Assembly: GCA_051294905.1 (NCBI GenBank)
Contig: CM119373.1
Location: 2,978,001-3,042,000, forward strand
From: Botryllus schlosseri
Taxonomy: Eukaryota
Direction: 5' to 3'
DNA length: 64,000 nt
The notes beneath the pieces were generated by a model that had not been told where the DNA came from, searched no databases, and worked only from the letters and a program-made list of their open reading frames with translations. Of the stretch, positions 1 through 12,687 are shown in pieces. Numbering within the stretch: the stretch's first letter is position 1; each line of letters starts with the position of its first letter. The position numbers and the translations under genes are program-made.

Positions 1-399
1 TTCGAAAATGTTCCGTGGTCCAGTTCAAAATTTGATGAGCTGATTACTTACTCATGGTCTATTTTGGAAGCTGATTACGTTCAAGATGTTCGCGAACCAC
101 ATAATAAAGGCAAACTACCCCAGGTTTAGAACCTCTATATTTGAATAAAGCATCCAAATGGCCTAACCCGAATCTATGAATATACCGTTATTTTTTAATT
201 GCGATTAAATAGACTCATTTTTGTAAATGAATGTTATTTTTATTTAATTTTGATCGCAGTTTTGCGAGGATGTTATAGTTCCCATATTAAATCCAACATA
301 CAGTATACTAAATCGCGCGCAGCGCGAAGAAAAATTTCATGTGGCATAAATCTGCCCAAAAGTAATATTGTTTATGCTGATTTACGAAACAATTATGAG

Positions 400-519
400 C
401 TCACTTCAAGCCGTCAAAATTCCGGACATTTAGGCATATTTTAGAAATTCTTCCCGGACGCAGTTTTGACAGTGAAATTCCGGACATGTCCGGGAAATTC
501 CGGACGTATGGCAACCCTA
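400..519 (+). mobile_element. Right end of a hAT-type MITE (left end not located, possibly outside the window)
   Basis: Clustered TCCGGAC subterminal repeats ending in the TIR-like TGGCAACCCTA. Confidence 0.55.
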
Positions 520-2238
520 CTGTAAGTATAACTGCCAAGCATAACCGGCCGATTCAGTCGATCCCTAGAACCTTCAATACTTCACTATATACTACAACTT
601 GGGTCCAATAAGATCACACAAAGTATAGTGTCATTGTTAAGCTTTATATATTTGTATTCACTGATGGTGGATCCGTACTGAAACGGTGAATTCGCTCAAC
701 ACTTGCATAAACGCCTTTGCTTTCTCTCGATGAAAACACGACATGTAGGCTTCAGCCGTTTCCTTCACAATGAAGCAGTCATGCTGTAAAAACTTCTGTG
801 AAGCAGGTGTTGTTTGTTCATCATGTATTTCGTACTTCAACATGTCCTGAACTAATCTTAAATCATCACCTGCCAAACTACTAACAATGCGCACTCAGAA
901 TCCCCGCCGGTAGCAGACTTATTGAACACCTGACCAGCAAGTTGCTGCTGCCGTGGTCATTGAAGCATAGCCGATTAGCCAATCAAGAGCCGTGGTTATT
1001 TGATTACTAGTCTTCTCGCCGTTCTATGGTCAGAGGCACGCCCATTTTTGAGCAGCTACTTTCAAACGCTTTGACCGAAATCTTAACGGCTTTCCTGTAA
1101 GCTTCTTTCAGGCTAATTGTTGTTTTTTTATCAATAATCTATAGATTGAGACACAATCACGGAGACTTTTTGAGATTTTCCAAATTTTGGACAACCCTAA
1201 TGTGCATGAAATATTCTTATAGTAGTTTGACATAGCCTGCTCGAAATTTACAGGCTGAAACGAATATCATGAGAATACTGACCCGAAATCGAAGACTATT
1301 GCTGATTCAATTGAGGTCAGTATGAAGGGATACTGAAATTGTGGTGAGCTTCAACCAACACATCCCCCACGAAAAATCAAAACTTTTGAAATTGATTGGA
1401 TCAAAACTATATATGAGTGGACTGCTCAACACATAGAATTATCCTATGATTTCCATAAATCCTGACATACCGTCATTCTCAGCTCGACTTCCTTTTCGGG
1501 TGCGCAATGGTGTTCCCCTGAAAACGAATGAGTAATCTTTAAATGGGTCCTTAAATTGAATTACTGTTATTACTAAATTCCGTTTTATCTTTACGTTACA
1601 GCTAGATGATGTATAGATATAACACTATTGGATGCAGCTAATTGCCTCAATTATTCAATCGGTTCTTGTTTTAGAATAATCCATGCCTGTAAACTCAACC
1701 GAAACTGAAGCGAACGCAGCTCATAATTTTCATATAGTTAGAGAGTTGGCTCTTCACATTTAATAACTTTGCGAACACTGCAAGCTTTCGGCGACCCCAT
1801 ATATTCGCATATTCACAAAAATCTATTACATTACACATCTAGTACATTACTTTGTACTATACTAGAGCACAAAATTAACTGCGCATCAACAACAGTGTTA
1901 AAAAAAAGCAATTAAAACATGGCTGTCACACAAAACGAAAACATTATGATGAATATTTATTGGAAATCCGAGTGAATTATGTTTTATTACTCTGGTGTGA
2001 GTCTGGACCTCCAGCGAACTCCTAGGGCTCGTATGAACCCCGGCTGCGAACCACCGATTTAGAAGTATGATGAGCATTGGTTGAATAGGATTGTTTCCTT
2101 ATTTGAATTGTCATAATCGTTAATAAGCATTGTCGGTGTATCATGAACACTGGGTGTAAACACGACATTGTGTCTCTATGGATGTCAGATTGACACGCCG
2201 CACTGGTCGTTTCGACATCCTTTTATAAACAGCTTCTT

Positions 2239-2497
2239 AGAGGTACAGAACTTCAATATACCATTCAATAGTACATTCATATTGAAATGAATCGGCTGAC
2301 ACTCGTCAGGGGTAATCGTCAGCAACTAGTAGAGAATTGGAAAGAACACTGTATGTCGGCAATCGTATCACAAAATAAGACGTCACCAGCATGAAATTTC
2401 GACTACGAGAGCGTTTAACGCATTATTTTTAGAAGGTACACGAGCTTCTCTTGCAGATAAAGCCTTGGCTGGTGTATTTTGATAAAAGTAAGTCGAC
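2239..2497 (-). mobile_element. Penelope-like element 3' remnant
   Basis: Reverse-complement similarity to 54630-54900, including CAAAATACACCAGCCAAGGC and CCCTGACGAGTGTCAGCCGA; the hammerhead GAAA/UH segment is deleted in this copy. Confidence 0.6.
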
Positions 2498-4749
2498 TTA
2501 TTGTGTCTTGTTTATCACATTGTTCGTGTGGATGAAAATAATAGCATCCCTGGTACATATGTTTCCGAAAATTTGCACTTCATGGGACAGTACTGACGAA
2601 ATGATTTTGTAAAAATAGCGTACCACGAATTCCAAACGAGTTCGTCCCGAAAAGCAAGAAAATGTACGATATCCAGTGGGCGAACATCGCGGATGTCATT
2701 AGTTTCCTGTCGAGAGATAAACAATGATTTGATGATTATATTATAGGTTCAGTCTGGAAATATCATATACATAAAATAAACGTAGTGTAGATTCCTTGTG
2801 TTAGTAATTAAGTTTGGGCAAAATCGAGTGACTCTGTGATTTGATTCTTAATCGAGCAGTGTGCGTCGAGTAAAGAATTCTAGTATATCTTATTATGACG
2901 TCATAGCATGATGGAAGATGTGGAAAGCTCATACAAATACCTTTTACGCGACCACGAAGAACGCAATGCCACTTCTACATCACATTAAAGAATATTTGAT
3001 ATTTTTCAACCATGAATATTTCGTTGCACTTTGCGAAAATGATGCGGATTGATCACGAGCTCACAGATATGACATTACCAGTAACGTACGTAGCTTTGTA
3101 CCACTAAACTAACTACAGGATTTGTATGCTGTGGTACGACCAGTCGAGGTTTCAAGGCTTTCACAGTAGATATGTATTTCCAGCACCTAATCCCATTATT
3201 TCCGCACATATGATTTTATACACATATGCACATATATCTACATATACCCCAGCAAACACAAAACCGTAAAAGGATCATCCGGGATCATCTCGATTAGGTT
3301 CTGATTTTCTAAGTGTCGAGGGAATGTCTAAAATACGTAGTAGGATGGTCTTGTGGTTATATTCAATCAGAATAAATTCATACTCGGTGTTGTTCCATCT
3401 CATGCATTAGGCTTCGTTATATCCGGTAGTTAACCTAATAATGCAAATTTTCTATCTCTCGCGGGTACGACTAAAATACGTAGAAAGGATGACTTTGTCG
3501 GTACATTCAATCACGATGAATTCTATCCGGTTTTGTTCGATCTCATGCGGTAGCTTCGTTCTATCCATTAGAAAACAATGTTCTCCCTTCGTTTTATTGC
3601 GTGAGGATGTTACCGGTGTTGTATATTCGTGTTGTTGCTCTAAGGTCGAATAGTTTTGTTTTCCTCTGATATATATGATCTTCATTATATATATATTCGC
3701 TCTTTCGGTAATCTCGCATGTTCAACGAGTATGGTTAATAGTTTTATTCAGAGAACAACTAAATAAGTGATATGTTGTACGTTTAGGAATATGATTATCG
3801 ATGCGTGACTTCTAGAATATTTCGGCGATTCAAATTTTACGTCATCGCGCCATACAAAGATTTGAAGCGCAACAGGTCGCAGCCAGGCATAGTTCGCTCT
3901 TTCTGTATGGTAAATGCCGTAAATATATAGGAATTGTGACTGACTGAGGTAGCGGGTTAAAGGTATATATGCAGTAGCATATAGCTTATGGGGTATTTCG
4001 AATTGCCTGTAGTATATGACGCCTAGAGCTGTTTGACTTTCTGCAAAACAGGTGTAGACAACTATAGAAAAGTTTCAGCTTTTCCAGGTTAGAATTAGAG
4101 CTAAACCGTTTTTCCGAATTAGATTACAATTATATTGCTGGCATTTCGCTCTAATTTAGTGAAATTAGACCACTATAATTCGCTTCAAACATCTGAATTA
4201 CCGGTACCTATACCTACGGTATATCATAATATTTATGCTTGAATTTTCTAGGTATATAAGTCATATAGATACATTCCTGTAGAACACTGATTCATGATTT
4301 TATAAAAGTTGGTGCAAGAATGGAAATTTTCAACTTGATGTTGATTAATGGAGCAAAATTTGATATTTGAGTGCAATTATACCTCGAATCCAGTGACAAG
4401 ATTATTAATCGTTGAAACCAAACGCAGCTTGATTATGTTGGCCAGAGAATTTGGCTAGCCAGACCATATTGATGGAATATGGTCACAGTAAGATAATATT
4501 TTGGGCTATTTTACATGAACTTTCCAACATTTGATTTGATATGTCCACTAAAACAGTTGTTATTCTGCTTTCGAATAAGACCTTAATTGCTGGTTTCAAT
4601 GGTAACTGTGTTTGTCAAAGGCTGCAAAGGTAATTTCTTTTCCTTGTTAGATGTTTATTTGTTTGTTTGTGGTGTTCATGGTGGTGGTTCGACTACACTG
4701 GTCATTTTACACCAGGCCGGTTCTTATTATTATTATTCCGTATCTGCCC

Positions 4750-5639
4750 GATTACCAGTGAACTCGGCACTTGGTGAATTCGGCCGCACAAACTCGGCAC
4801 TTGGTGAATTCGGCCGTGGTAGATCTCGTAGCGGTACCGGTCACCATGATTGGTTACTGGAATGTTTGCCGGTGAACTTGGCACTTTGAGTGGTTGTCAA
4901 TGTTGTACGGTGGTCAGGGCATGCGTAGATCACACAGTCACGGCGTGATTAGATCACAGATTGCGTAATTGCGGGAAATAACGCGACGCTCTTCACTTGG
5001 TGAACTCGGCCCTTGGAGGAATTGGCACTAGAACACCTTCGCATTAGAAATGCATTTAGTATGAATGAACAGTATCAAAAAGGAAATTTAAACGTGTCGT
5101 GGCTCGTGGTAGATCTCGTAATCTTGGGATCCTTCAACCGTGTTATCGAGACACCCTAATCCCAGAGTGGAATCGTCTCTCCAAAGGCAAAAAATAATTT
5201 ATTTTGACGTGATCATGCGAAACATTTGTTGATGAGGAACACTGGCTTGTCGTGATCGATAAACGAAGAAGCGCCGCTTGATGTTCCACAGTTTTGATCT
5301 CACATACAACGCCAAGATCCATCTTCTCAAAACTTACACGACACAGGCCCGTGACTCACGCCATCGATTCCAAGCAGACCGCGCGTGGTCGGTATATGAG
5401 CGCTGTGTTATTTCCCGTGGCTACGCAATCCGTGATCTAATCACGCCGTGACTGCGCGATCTACGGATGCCCTGATCTCCTTACAAGATTGACGAATCAC
5501 TTGATAATACTATTATTAGTTTGATAATTCATATTAATAGCTGTAAATACACTTCATTTCAAAATTTCCCGAGGGCCGAATTCACCAAGTGCCGAGTTCG
5601 TGCGGCCGAATTCACCAAGTGCCGGGTGCATCGGCAACC
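4750..5639. mobile_element. Non-autonomous TIR element (Mutator- or Merlin-like)
   Basis: Long degenerate TIRs with paired AACTCGGCACTTGGTGAATTCGGCC repeats; inverted match continues to about 4990/5398; 8-bp TSD ATCTGCCC at 4742-4749 and 5640-5647. Confidence 0.75.
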
Positions 5640-6272
5640 ATCTGCCCACTTACAGCACGGCCCACTCCTAGGCTTTTTAAGACATGGCTATGCGAATCAG
5701 ATGGCGAGGAGGAGCCTAGATAAACGGCCAACACTTCGGTAGGAATTATGGAGTCGACGTGTCATGCTCGAACCCGCAATTCATTGGTGTTTAGCTATAA
5801 TGGAACGTACCACTACGTTTCCTCGCCATACCTTGTAAAATGAGACCGTAGCATTTGGCATTTCGTGTGGCAATTGACTTTTGTGTGGAAAATTGTGTTC
5901 GTTTTAGAACTTATCCGAAACTTTTATTCCGCCATAGATTGTATATGATAAAACAATATCGGAATTGATCCTAGAAGAATTCCAAAGCAACTCACCACAA
6001 AGGAGGATTTAAAGAAGTTTGATGGAAAATTGAATGAAAGCAAAAGCCTTTGCAAGAGATGTGGTATGTTGAATCTGTTTTGGTATTTTTAAATAGGTCT
6101 ACTTTGTTGTGCCGATAGCAGACAGTATATATAAATGTAAGATGTGGAAGCTATCAAGGTGTTTTTAGAAATTCAGTCAGTCAAAGTGGACGATCGTATT
6201 GCTTGGATTATATTTAGGCTTATTTTAGCATCTTTGAGATGCAACTCTAAAAGTGGACGGTCATGAACAGTA

Positions 6273-6934
6273 GGGCTCTTCAAAAATGACTTTTTTTCTC
6301 AAATCGTACTGGCTACTTGATAAAATTGTTAGGTTACCTAATTTAAGCCTACAAACAAAATATGGTTCAAATCCAGCCAGTATCCGCTTTGCTACAAGAG
6401 AAGAAAGTTCCTATTTATTATATAAAAATGAATAATAAAAAATTTGAAGATTTTCTGTTAACCCCATGAAAGTGTTAGGCTGTCTATAGAAACGATGCTC
6501 ACCAAATTTGGTTCAATTCCAACCAGTGGAAGCGGAGTTATTGCTGTCGAAAAATTTGGATTTTAATAAAATAGTACTTACGGTGAGCACAACTTTAATA
6601 AGTAAACAAAGAATCGGTCACCGTAAATACTATTTTATTCAAATCCAAATTTTTCGACGGCAATATCTCCGCTTCCACTGGTTGGAATTGAACCAAATTT
6701 GGTGAGCATCGTTTCTATAGACAGCCTAACACTTTCATGGGGTGAACAGAAAATTTTCAAATTTTTATTACCTATTTATTTTTATATAATAAATAGAAAC
6801 TTTCTTCTCCTGTAGCAAAGCGGTTACTGGCTGGAATTGAACCAAATTTTGTGTTTAGGCTTAAATTAGGTAACCTAACAATATTATCAAGTAGCCAGAA
6901 CGATTTGAGAAAAAAAGTCATATTTTAAGAGCCC
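6273..6934. mobile_element. Foldback MITE flanked by TA (Tc1/mariner-like)
   Basis: Nearly whole-length palindrome, GGGCTCTT...AAGAGCCC, with TA on both sides. Confidence 0.8.
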
Positions 6935-9900
6935 TAATGTCCATGTGAGAGAAACGTTTTAGGGTAGGCCTACTCATATGTCTCGCAGCGTTCTCTACAT
7001 AATTGTCAATTGCGATACCAACTGTTTGCTTGTATTGGTAAAGCCATCCAACTTCGAATTGTAAAATGTTGGGAGTCTTGATATCAAATTTTTGAAAGGT
7101 GCACTTTGAGAAGATTTCGGAATCTGTCAAATTATACAAAAATTTAGCAAATTCTTTGACATATTTCATCTATTTGGGACTCGATCAACGTAAAAGAATT
7201 GGTAATCATTTTATACAATGTATTGTATTTGTAGTTGAAGTATAGTAATAATTCTTATGGTTACCGCACTTGTAACGATTCACGGCCATAACTGGAATAA
7301 TTAGAATGATGTAACTTTCAAATTGTCATGCATTTTGCAACCACATTGTTCTCAATTTTCAAGGTGCTGACCATTCGAGGAAGAATCACCCACCGGGAAT
7401 TCACGATCCGTAAACGCGGCCGACTGTTTCTCTCCTCAAGCGGAAGCGACAGAGAAGAGGAACGAAGAGAAAAAAGGAGCAGAAATAGCAAGAGTGTGAC
7501 AAGTCGCGTCCGTTCGCTTTAATGCGTATTTCCATCCGCGAAGTAGTAGGTGGGAAAACTAATGGGCGTTTGGTTAGGGCTTATATAAGGTTGACTCCAG
7601 CGCTGTATTTGCTTAATGTTGCTATGAAATAGGGGTGGTGTCATTTGGTATCAATATTGACTATTGAAAGACCATTTGTTAGTGGTCATGGATTTGTTCG
7701 GCCAGTATGCAGTAATTTCTGATGGTCACTTCCCGGGCTTCTGTTCTCTAACCCCTCATGATTGTTATTCTGCTTCTAGTAAGACTGTCGATTCTAATGT
7801 TTTATCGTATCATTTGTCGGAGGTTTCGCTCGCTTTATTTACAACGTTTTGCTCTCTGCTAGGTCAATTACTGGCTGAGTATCACTACAGCCTAAGAAAC
7901 TGCACTAATTCTCATTTTAATGTCTTGCTGGTTATCTTGCTGTCAATTCTAATAATTTATTAATGTCTATACCAGTGCCGCCACTCAAATGTTTTGTTCT
8001 CTGTACACAATATTGTTAGGTCTTCAGCTTTCCAGGCAGAGTATCATTCCACTTTCTAGACTTGAGTATATATCTCTCCAACTAGCTGCCAAATAACTGA
8101 TTCATTTGGATTGTTGAATTGATCATTTTGGACAGAATGTGAAGAAATTTTAGTCAAGAATTCTTTTTGTGTTAGTGGCTGTTTTCAAAGAGTGCTGAAG
8201 TAGTCATCGTTGATCTTGATAATCAAGTAGAAGTGACGATTGAAGTCAGTTCTCTAGTCATATAATATTAAAAAATATAATAATAAAACTTGAAAACTTC
8301 AGTGGAAATAGTTCAGAATCGAATCCATTTTAGTAAGTAGGGCGAAAAAAATGTAGGAGTCATTCGTTAGTCGCTACCTCTGCCATTTTTGCAGTACGAA
8401 TGTCTTAGCTATTAATCATCATTTTCATTTTATTTCTGCAGGGTGTTGAGAAAAAAGGCCGCATGCTGGTTATTTAACTGGCTCATCAGAAGATGAAACC
8501 TGATGATAAGGACTGTTTTCACTTTCTTTCTAAAGACATTCGTTCGTTTGTTCGTTTTATTTTTTACAACGGCATTATTGCCAATTCGTTTGAAATTAAA
8601 TTATCACAAATGTGATTAATATGTAGTAAATAATGTGGTGTGTGTACGCAGCCGTGATCAGGTTAAGCCCATAGTGGTAGAAAACAGGTTATTATATCAG
8701 GATCTTCTTCTTCTAACGTAGGATCTACATTCTACTCACCATGTTTAAAGGCTGTAGCATCTGCATAATATTTACATTATTGAAGGACATGGAAAAGACG
8801 TTGAATTGAGTCGACACAAAATCCCCCTTTCTACGACCTGCCGAGATCTAATATCTACTATATCGGCTCGGCTTTTCTACATCTTTGGTCTGTACTGTGT
8901 TTGCTGGGATACCTTATTCCAAGATATACGATGATTCTCAAATAAAAACGTGCAGCATATGCAAGTATTTGAAGTGATGCGTCTACGGCAAGATATTGCC
9001 TAACAAAGCAGTAGTTCTAACAGTGTTATATATGTATTACGTGTGGTAGAGGTAGTGGTAGTCTTAACTTCCGCGTTGTAATGACTATCGAGTACACACG
9101 GTTGCACAGTGGCTTTATGAAAATGACAGTCATTGATGCGGGGACAGTTTGAAACTCCGCTAATACTTTCAATGCATAAGCATAATGTAATCCACACTAT
9201 ACCACCATGCCGTCAACTCAAAGGCCTCCGGCGGGCATTATTCGATGAACATTTTACCAGCAAGCTGTATTTTGAATGAAAAGGCGGTAATTCTGCTACA
9301 TATTTATGACAAATTCAATGAAAGCCCAATGCAACCCATCGGTCGTCGCTAAGTAAATTATGATCCCTCCCACATGCAATTCAAATGAACGCTAACAGGC
9401 CAGTATGAGTTTTCTGATATGATACATGATGCATGCATTTGAATAAATTCAATGTGGGCAAGTTGTGAACCAATGTGTACAAATATAATCACCGACTGGG
9501 AACTACCTAGAATTTATGGTCACTCACTTGACCGCGACGAGAAAGTGTAACAGTGAAGGAATGTGTGCCAGAAATTTGGCGAAAAGAAGCAGTGACGCGC
9601 CAAGTCGATATCATGCAGATCGATGAAATGGCATATATTTTTTCGTGAAAATATTTTAGCTGCAGTTTCAATAGTGGCCGTTTGGCCATGCTGGCGTGGT
9701 ATCTTCTATCAGCTAATTGCTATTTGCTAGATACAACAAACTTTACGTACCGAATTAACCATGGCTGAAACTCCTGACAGATCTTGGACACATTACGAAA
9801 CCAGGAATTTTTTTATTATTGCAGCCGATGTGAAATTAGTCAGCGGTTTGGATACCACTTCTTGATGGTAATATTTATTAAAGATATGAAGTTCTTACAA

Positions 9901-10937
9901 TGAAAACCAACTAAAATCATATGCAATTGCTTGCTAATATCTTATCCCAACAATCGCTTGTCATGCAAAACCAGAAATAGTTTATTTTTTCTTCTTCTGT
10001 TTAGGCCAAACGGGTTGTTTGATTGAATGCCCGCTACAAGTCGTCTCGGTGCCTTCCTATCGAGTCATTTAATCACAATCTGTTGATGTGATGAAATGGT
10101 GAAATTATTAATGAGTAGGTATGCCGAAAACGTCATCGCGAACGCTTCGCCCTCCTAGTTTGGTCAAGTCACGGTCGGATTACGCCTGCTCATGGAAACA
10201 CGGTCGACATGTACAAAGCATGCGTCACAGCATTTTGGTCGTACATATACTGTTCTGTACCAATTAGTTTTCCGACAAATTCGGACAAAGCCGTTTCGTC
10301 GCTTAATTCATCTAAAAGTGAGCGAAACGAAACTGCTCTTACTCATCGGAATAGACTTTATATTTAAGACGATGAAATGTAAATGACTGTCCACTTTGGT
10401 TTGACGACTTGCAGCATAATACTGTGTTTGTAACATGCCTTGGCAAATCATTCATTTGGCATATATGGGCGTCACCTTAGCGATAGTAATCAATCATTAC
10501 CTTCTCAAATTTCTGATTCCAACTTCCTGGAATCGCAGATACCTCTTCTTTGCTTCTTTTGTCGCTATACTTCGACGGTAGAATACACCATATAGTTTGA
10601 ATATTATCTGATATGTTCTAGCAGGCAGGCCCTATCGGTACGAACGAGTATATGCTTTAGTTCCGCGTTGTTATGAGTATTTGCAGAGTGGACTATGGGT
10701 ACGTTAAAAGTCATTCGCACACCAAAATTGTTGACGTAGTTATTACGGAAATACGCAATCAGGTATAGTTGCAGCTTTTGTGCTCCAAGCGGCAACGATT
10801 TCGAAGGATTTTTCGTTTAATGGGGATTCAGCAGTATCTGTCGCAATGAAATCATCTTGTTATCGCATTCATACTGCGAAATTCCAATGCAATATGAACG
10901 TATGCATACTACATACCATTTAATAACACAGTAATTA

Positions 10938-11174
10938 TGTGACAGCCCACCCATTATGGGTGTATGTGATGATTGTTAGTTACTATTGTGATGGTACTGT
11001 TATTTCTAGGGCCGCCAAGTGTCTAGCTCCGACTCCGTTAAATGGACACTTGGTGGACCTATAACAATGCATGCCCTTCTTGTCGGAACTTGCTGCCGTG
11101 AGGACGCGGAAATAAAGCTGTCTGAAAACCATTGTGAATCTCTTTACATCGACTATATTAGGAGGTCTTCCACA
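10938..11174 (+). repeat. 5' LTR
   Basis: TGTGACAG...TTCCACA; no differences from 16600-16836 seen by eye; AATAAA at 11111. Confidence 0.95.
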
Positions 11175-12659
11175 ATGGCGAGCACGCCGAAAAACAAAGT
11201 CGATACTATATCCTCGTCAAAGGAGAGTTATCTGGAGGCACGCAACAGATTTCTAGTGCTTGACACGATTTCGGATTCGGATGATGACTCTGCTGATACC
11301 AGTACCGGTGTGGATGGAAAAGTCAAAGAAAGCTTGGCGAGATTGGAGAAAATTATGGAAGGTATTCCGCGGAATATGGCATACGAAGCGAAGCGTCAGG
11401 CTGCGGAATTGATGAATTCGGTCAATGGGGATGTAGCTGCTCTCCACTCACAAGTTCGGGCATTTGAAGAAAAGTTGCAGCTGATGAACAGCGGATTTGA
11501 AGAAAAGTTCCAGTTGATGAGCAGTGGCATGGGTGACATAAAAGGTATGTTGGCTTCTGTGGTGAACTCGCCTACGGTTGATGCCGACAGCAATGGGGAA
11601 TTAGGTTGTGATCCTGTAAGTAGGCCCAAGGTTGGATTTGCGATAGATTCTTGTGGAGATGAGACAGCATTTGTCCCTCCTTGTAATGGTGCTCAAAGTA
11701 GTCCTAAAATGATGAATGTGGGTCCTTTCCATTATGGTGCGTCTGATTATGTTAAAATGGCCCCCGACACATTTGATGGTGCTAGTGGTACTTCTCTGGA
11801 GGAATACCTCGGTCATTTTGAATTTACTGCTTTGTGTAATGAGTGGAACAATGAACGTAAAGGTTGCTATTTGGGTGCTAGTTTGCGTGGCCGAGCTTTG
11901 TCTGTTGCGTGCGAGTTATCAGCTGAGGTTCGTGTGCAGTATGTGCGCCTCGTTGAACATCTGAGAAAAAGGTGTAAAACTAGTTCTCATGGCTCACTGG
12001 TTTATCGTAATTCCTTCACCACTAGAAAGAACTTGCCAGGGGAGTCACCCACAGCTTTTGCTGCAGCCCTGCGAAGTCTAGCCCATAAGGCATATCCTCA
12101 AATGTCCGACCAAGTTTGCGAGCAGATGGTAATACAGCAGTTTTGCCATGGTTTCTCAGACCCCCATGTGTGTGCTTTACTTAGCTTGCAAGATTCGAGC
12201 AATTTGGATGACCTGATTAAGGTCGCAGAGGTTTACGAAGGCGCTTTTTCGAGTAAAGTAGACCAAGGCAAGGTGGCCAAGTCTTTGATTAAAACTGGTG
12301 ATGGTTATGACTCTGATGGAAATTGTACGTCTAGTAGTGGAGTGTGTTCTGGTGTTTCTGATCTTCGCAAAGACTTGGAAACTTTGTCTTTGGAGGTTAG
12401 GAAACTGGTGAAATCGATGGAATCTGCCCCAGTTAGGTATTCAAAACCAGAACGTCGTGTAATGCCGAAATGTTACCGGTGCGGTGATCCGTCCCATTTG
12501 ATACGTAATTGCCCGGTTCCTGTTTGCGCGAGGTGCCGTGGAGCGGGTCACGTGGCCGAGCAATGTCAATTCCAGTATCCTGCTCCGAACCAGATGTACG
12601 GCCCTGTGTTTAATCAAAATGTGCCTGCTCAACCGACCCATCAAGCTTTAAACCATTAG
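11175..12659 (+). CDS. gag: Gag polyprotein with two CCHC zinc knuckles
   Basis: First ATG after the LTR; capsid-like region (PDTFDG...EEYLGHFE...NEW); knuckles CYRCGDPSHLIRNC and CARCRGAGHVAEQC. Confidence 0.92.
   Translation: MASTPKNKVDTISSSKESYLEARNRFLVLDTISDSDDDSADTSTGVDGKVKESLARLEKIMEGIPRNMAYEAKRQAAELMNSVNGDVAALHSQVRAFEEKLQLMNSGFEEKFQLMSSGMGDIKGMLASVVNSPTVDADSNGELGCDPVSRPKVGFAIDSCGDETAFVPPCNGAQSSPKMMNVGPFHYGASDYVKMAPDTFDGASGTSLEEYLGHFEFTALCNEWNNERKGCYLGASLRGRALSVACELSAEVRVQYVRLVEHLRKRCKTSSHGSLVYRNSFTTRKNLPGESPTAFAAALRSLAHKAYPQMSDQVCEQMVIQQFCHGFSDPHVCALLSLQDSSNLDDLIKVAEVYEGAFSSKVDQGKVAKSLIKTGDGYDSDGNCTSSSGVCSGVSDLRKDLETLSLEVRKLVKSMESAPVRYSKPERRVMPKCYRCGDPSHLIRNCPVPVCARCRGAGHVAEQCQFQYPAPNQMYGPVFNQNVPAQPTHQALNH
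11176..11188 (+). promoter_or_regulatory. Primer-binding site (tRNA identity not determined; resembles tRNA-Arg-type PBS)
   Basis: TGGCGAGCACGCC one base after the LTR CA end; TGG is complementary to tRNA CCA. Confidence 0.75.
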
Positions 12660-12687
12660 TAGCGGATCATTGGTCCAGTGATACCGC
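12647..12687 (+). promoter_or_regulatory. Programmed -1 ribosomal frameshift signal
   Basis: T TTA AAC slippery heptamer in gag frame two codons before the stop; the -1 frame is open into pol; downstream hairpin GCGG-ATCATTG-gtc-CAGTGAT-a-CCGC. Confidence 0.8.

Larger units (their letters stand above)
3248..8908. mobile_element. Possible old CMC/EnSpm-type DNA transposon remnant containing nested MITEs
   Basis: Perfect 13-bp inverted termini CCCAGCAAACACA / TGTGTTTGCTGGG; 2-bp flanks AC/AT match imperfectly; exon-like fragments near 5940-6062 and 7380-7480 weakly recall DUF4806-type accessory proteins. Confidence 0.35.

Noticed and set aside
11019..11174. N-terminal 52 aa of the 546-aa ORF and the 16681-16893 ORF
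   Set aside because: Both are LTR sequence read from a GTG; Gag more plausibly starts at ATG 11175 or later
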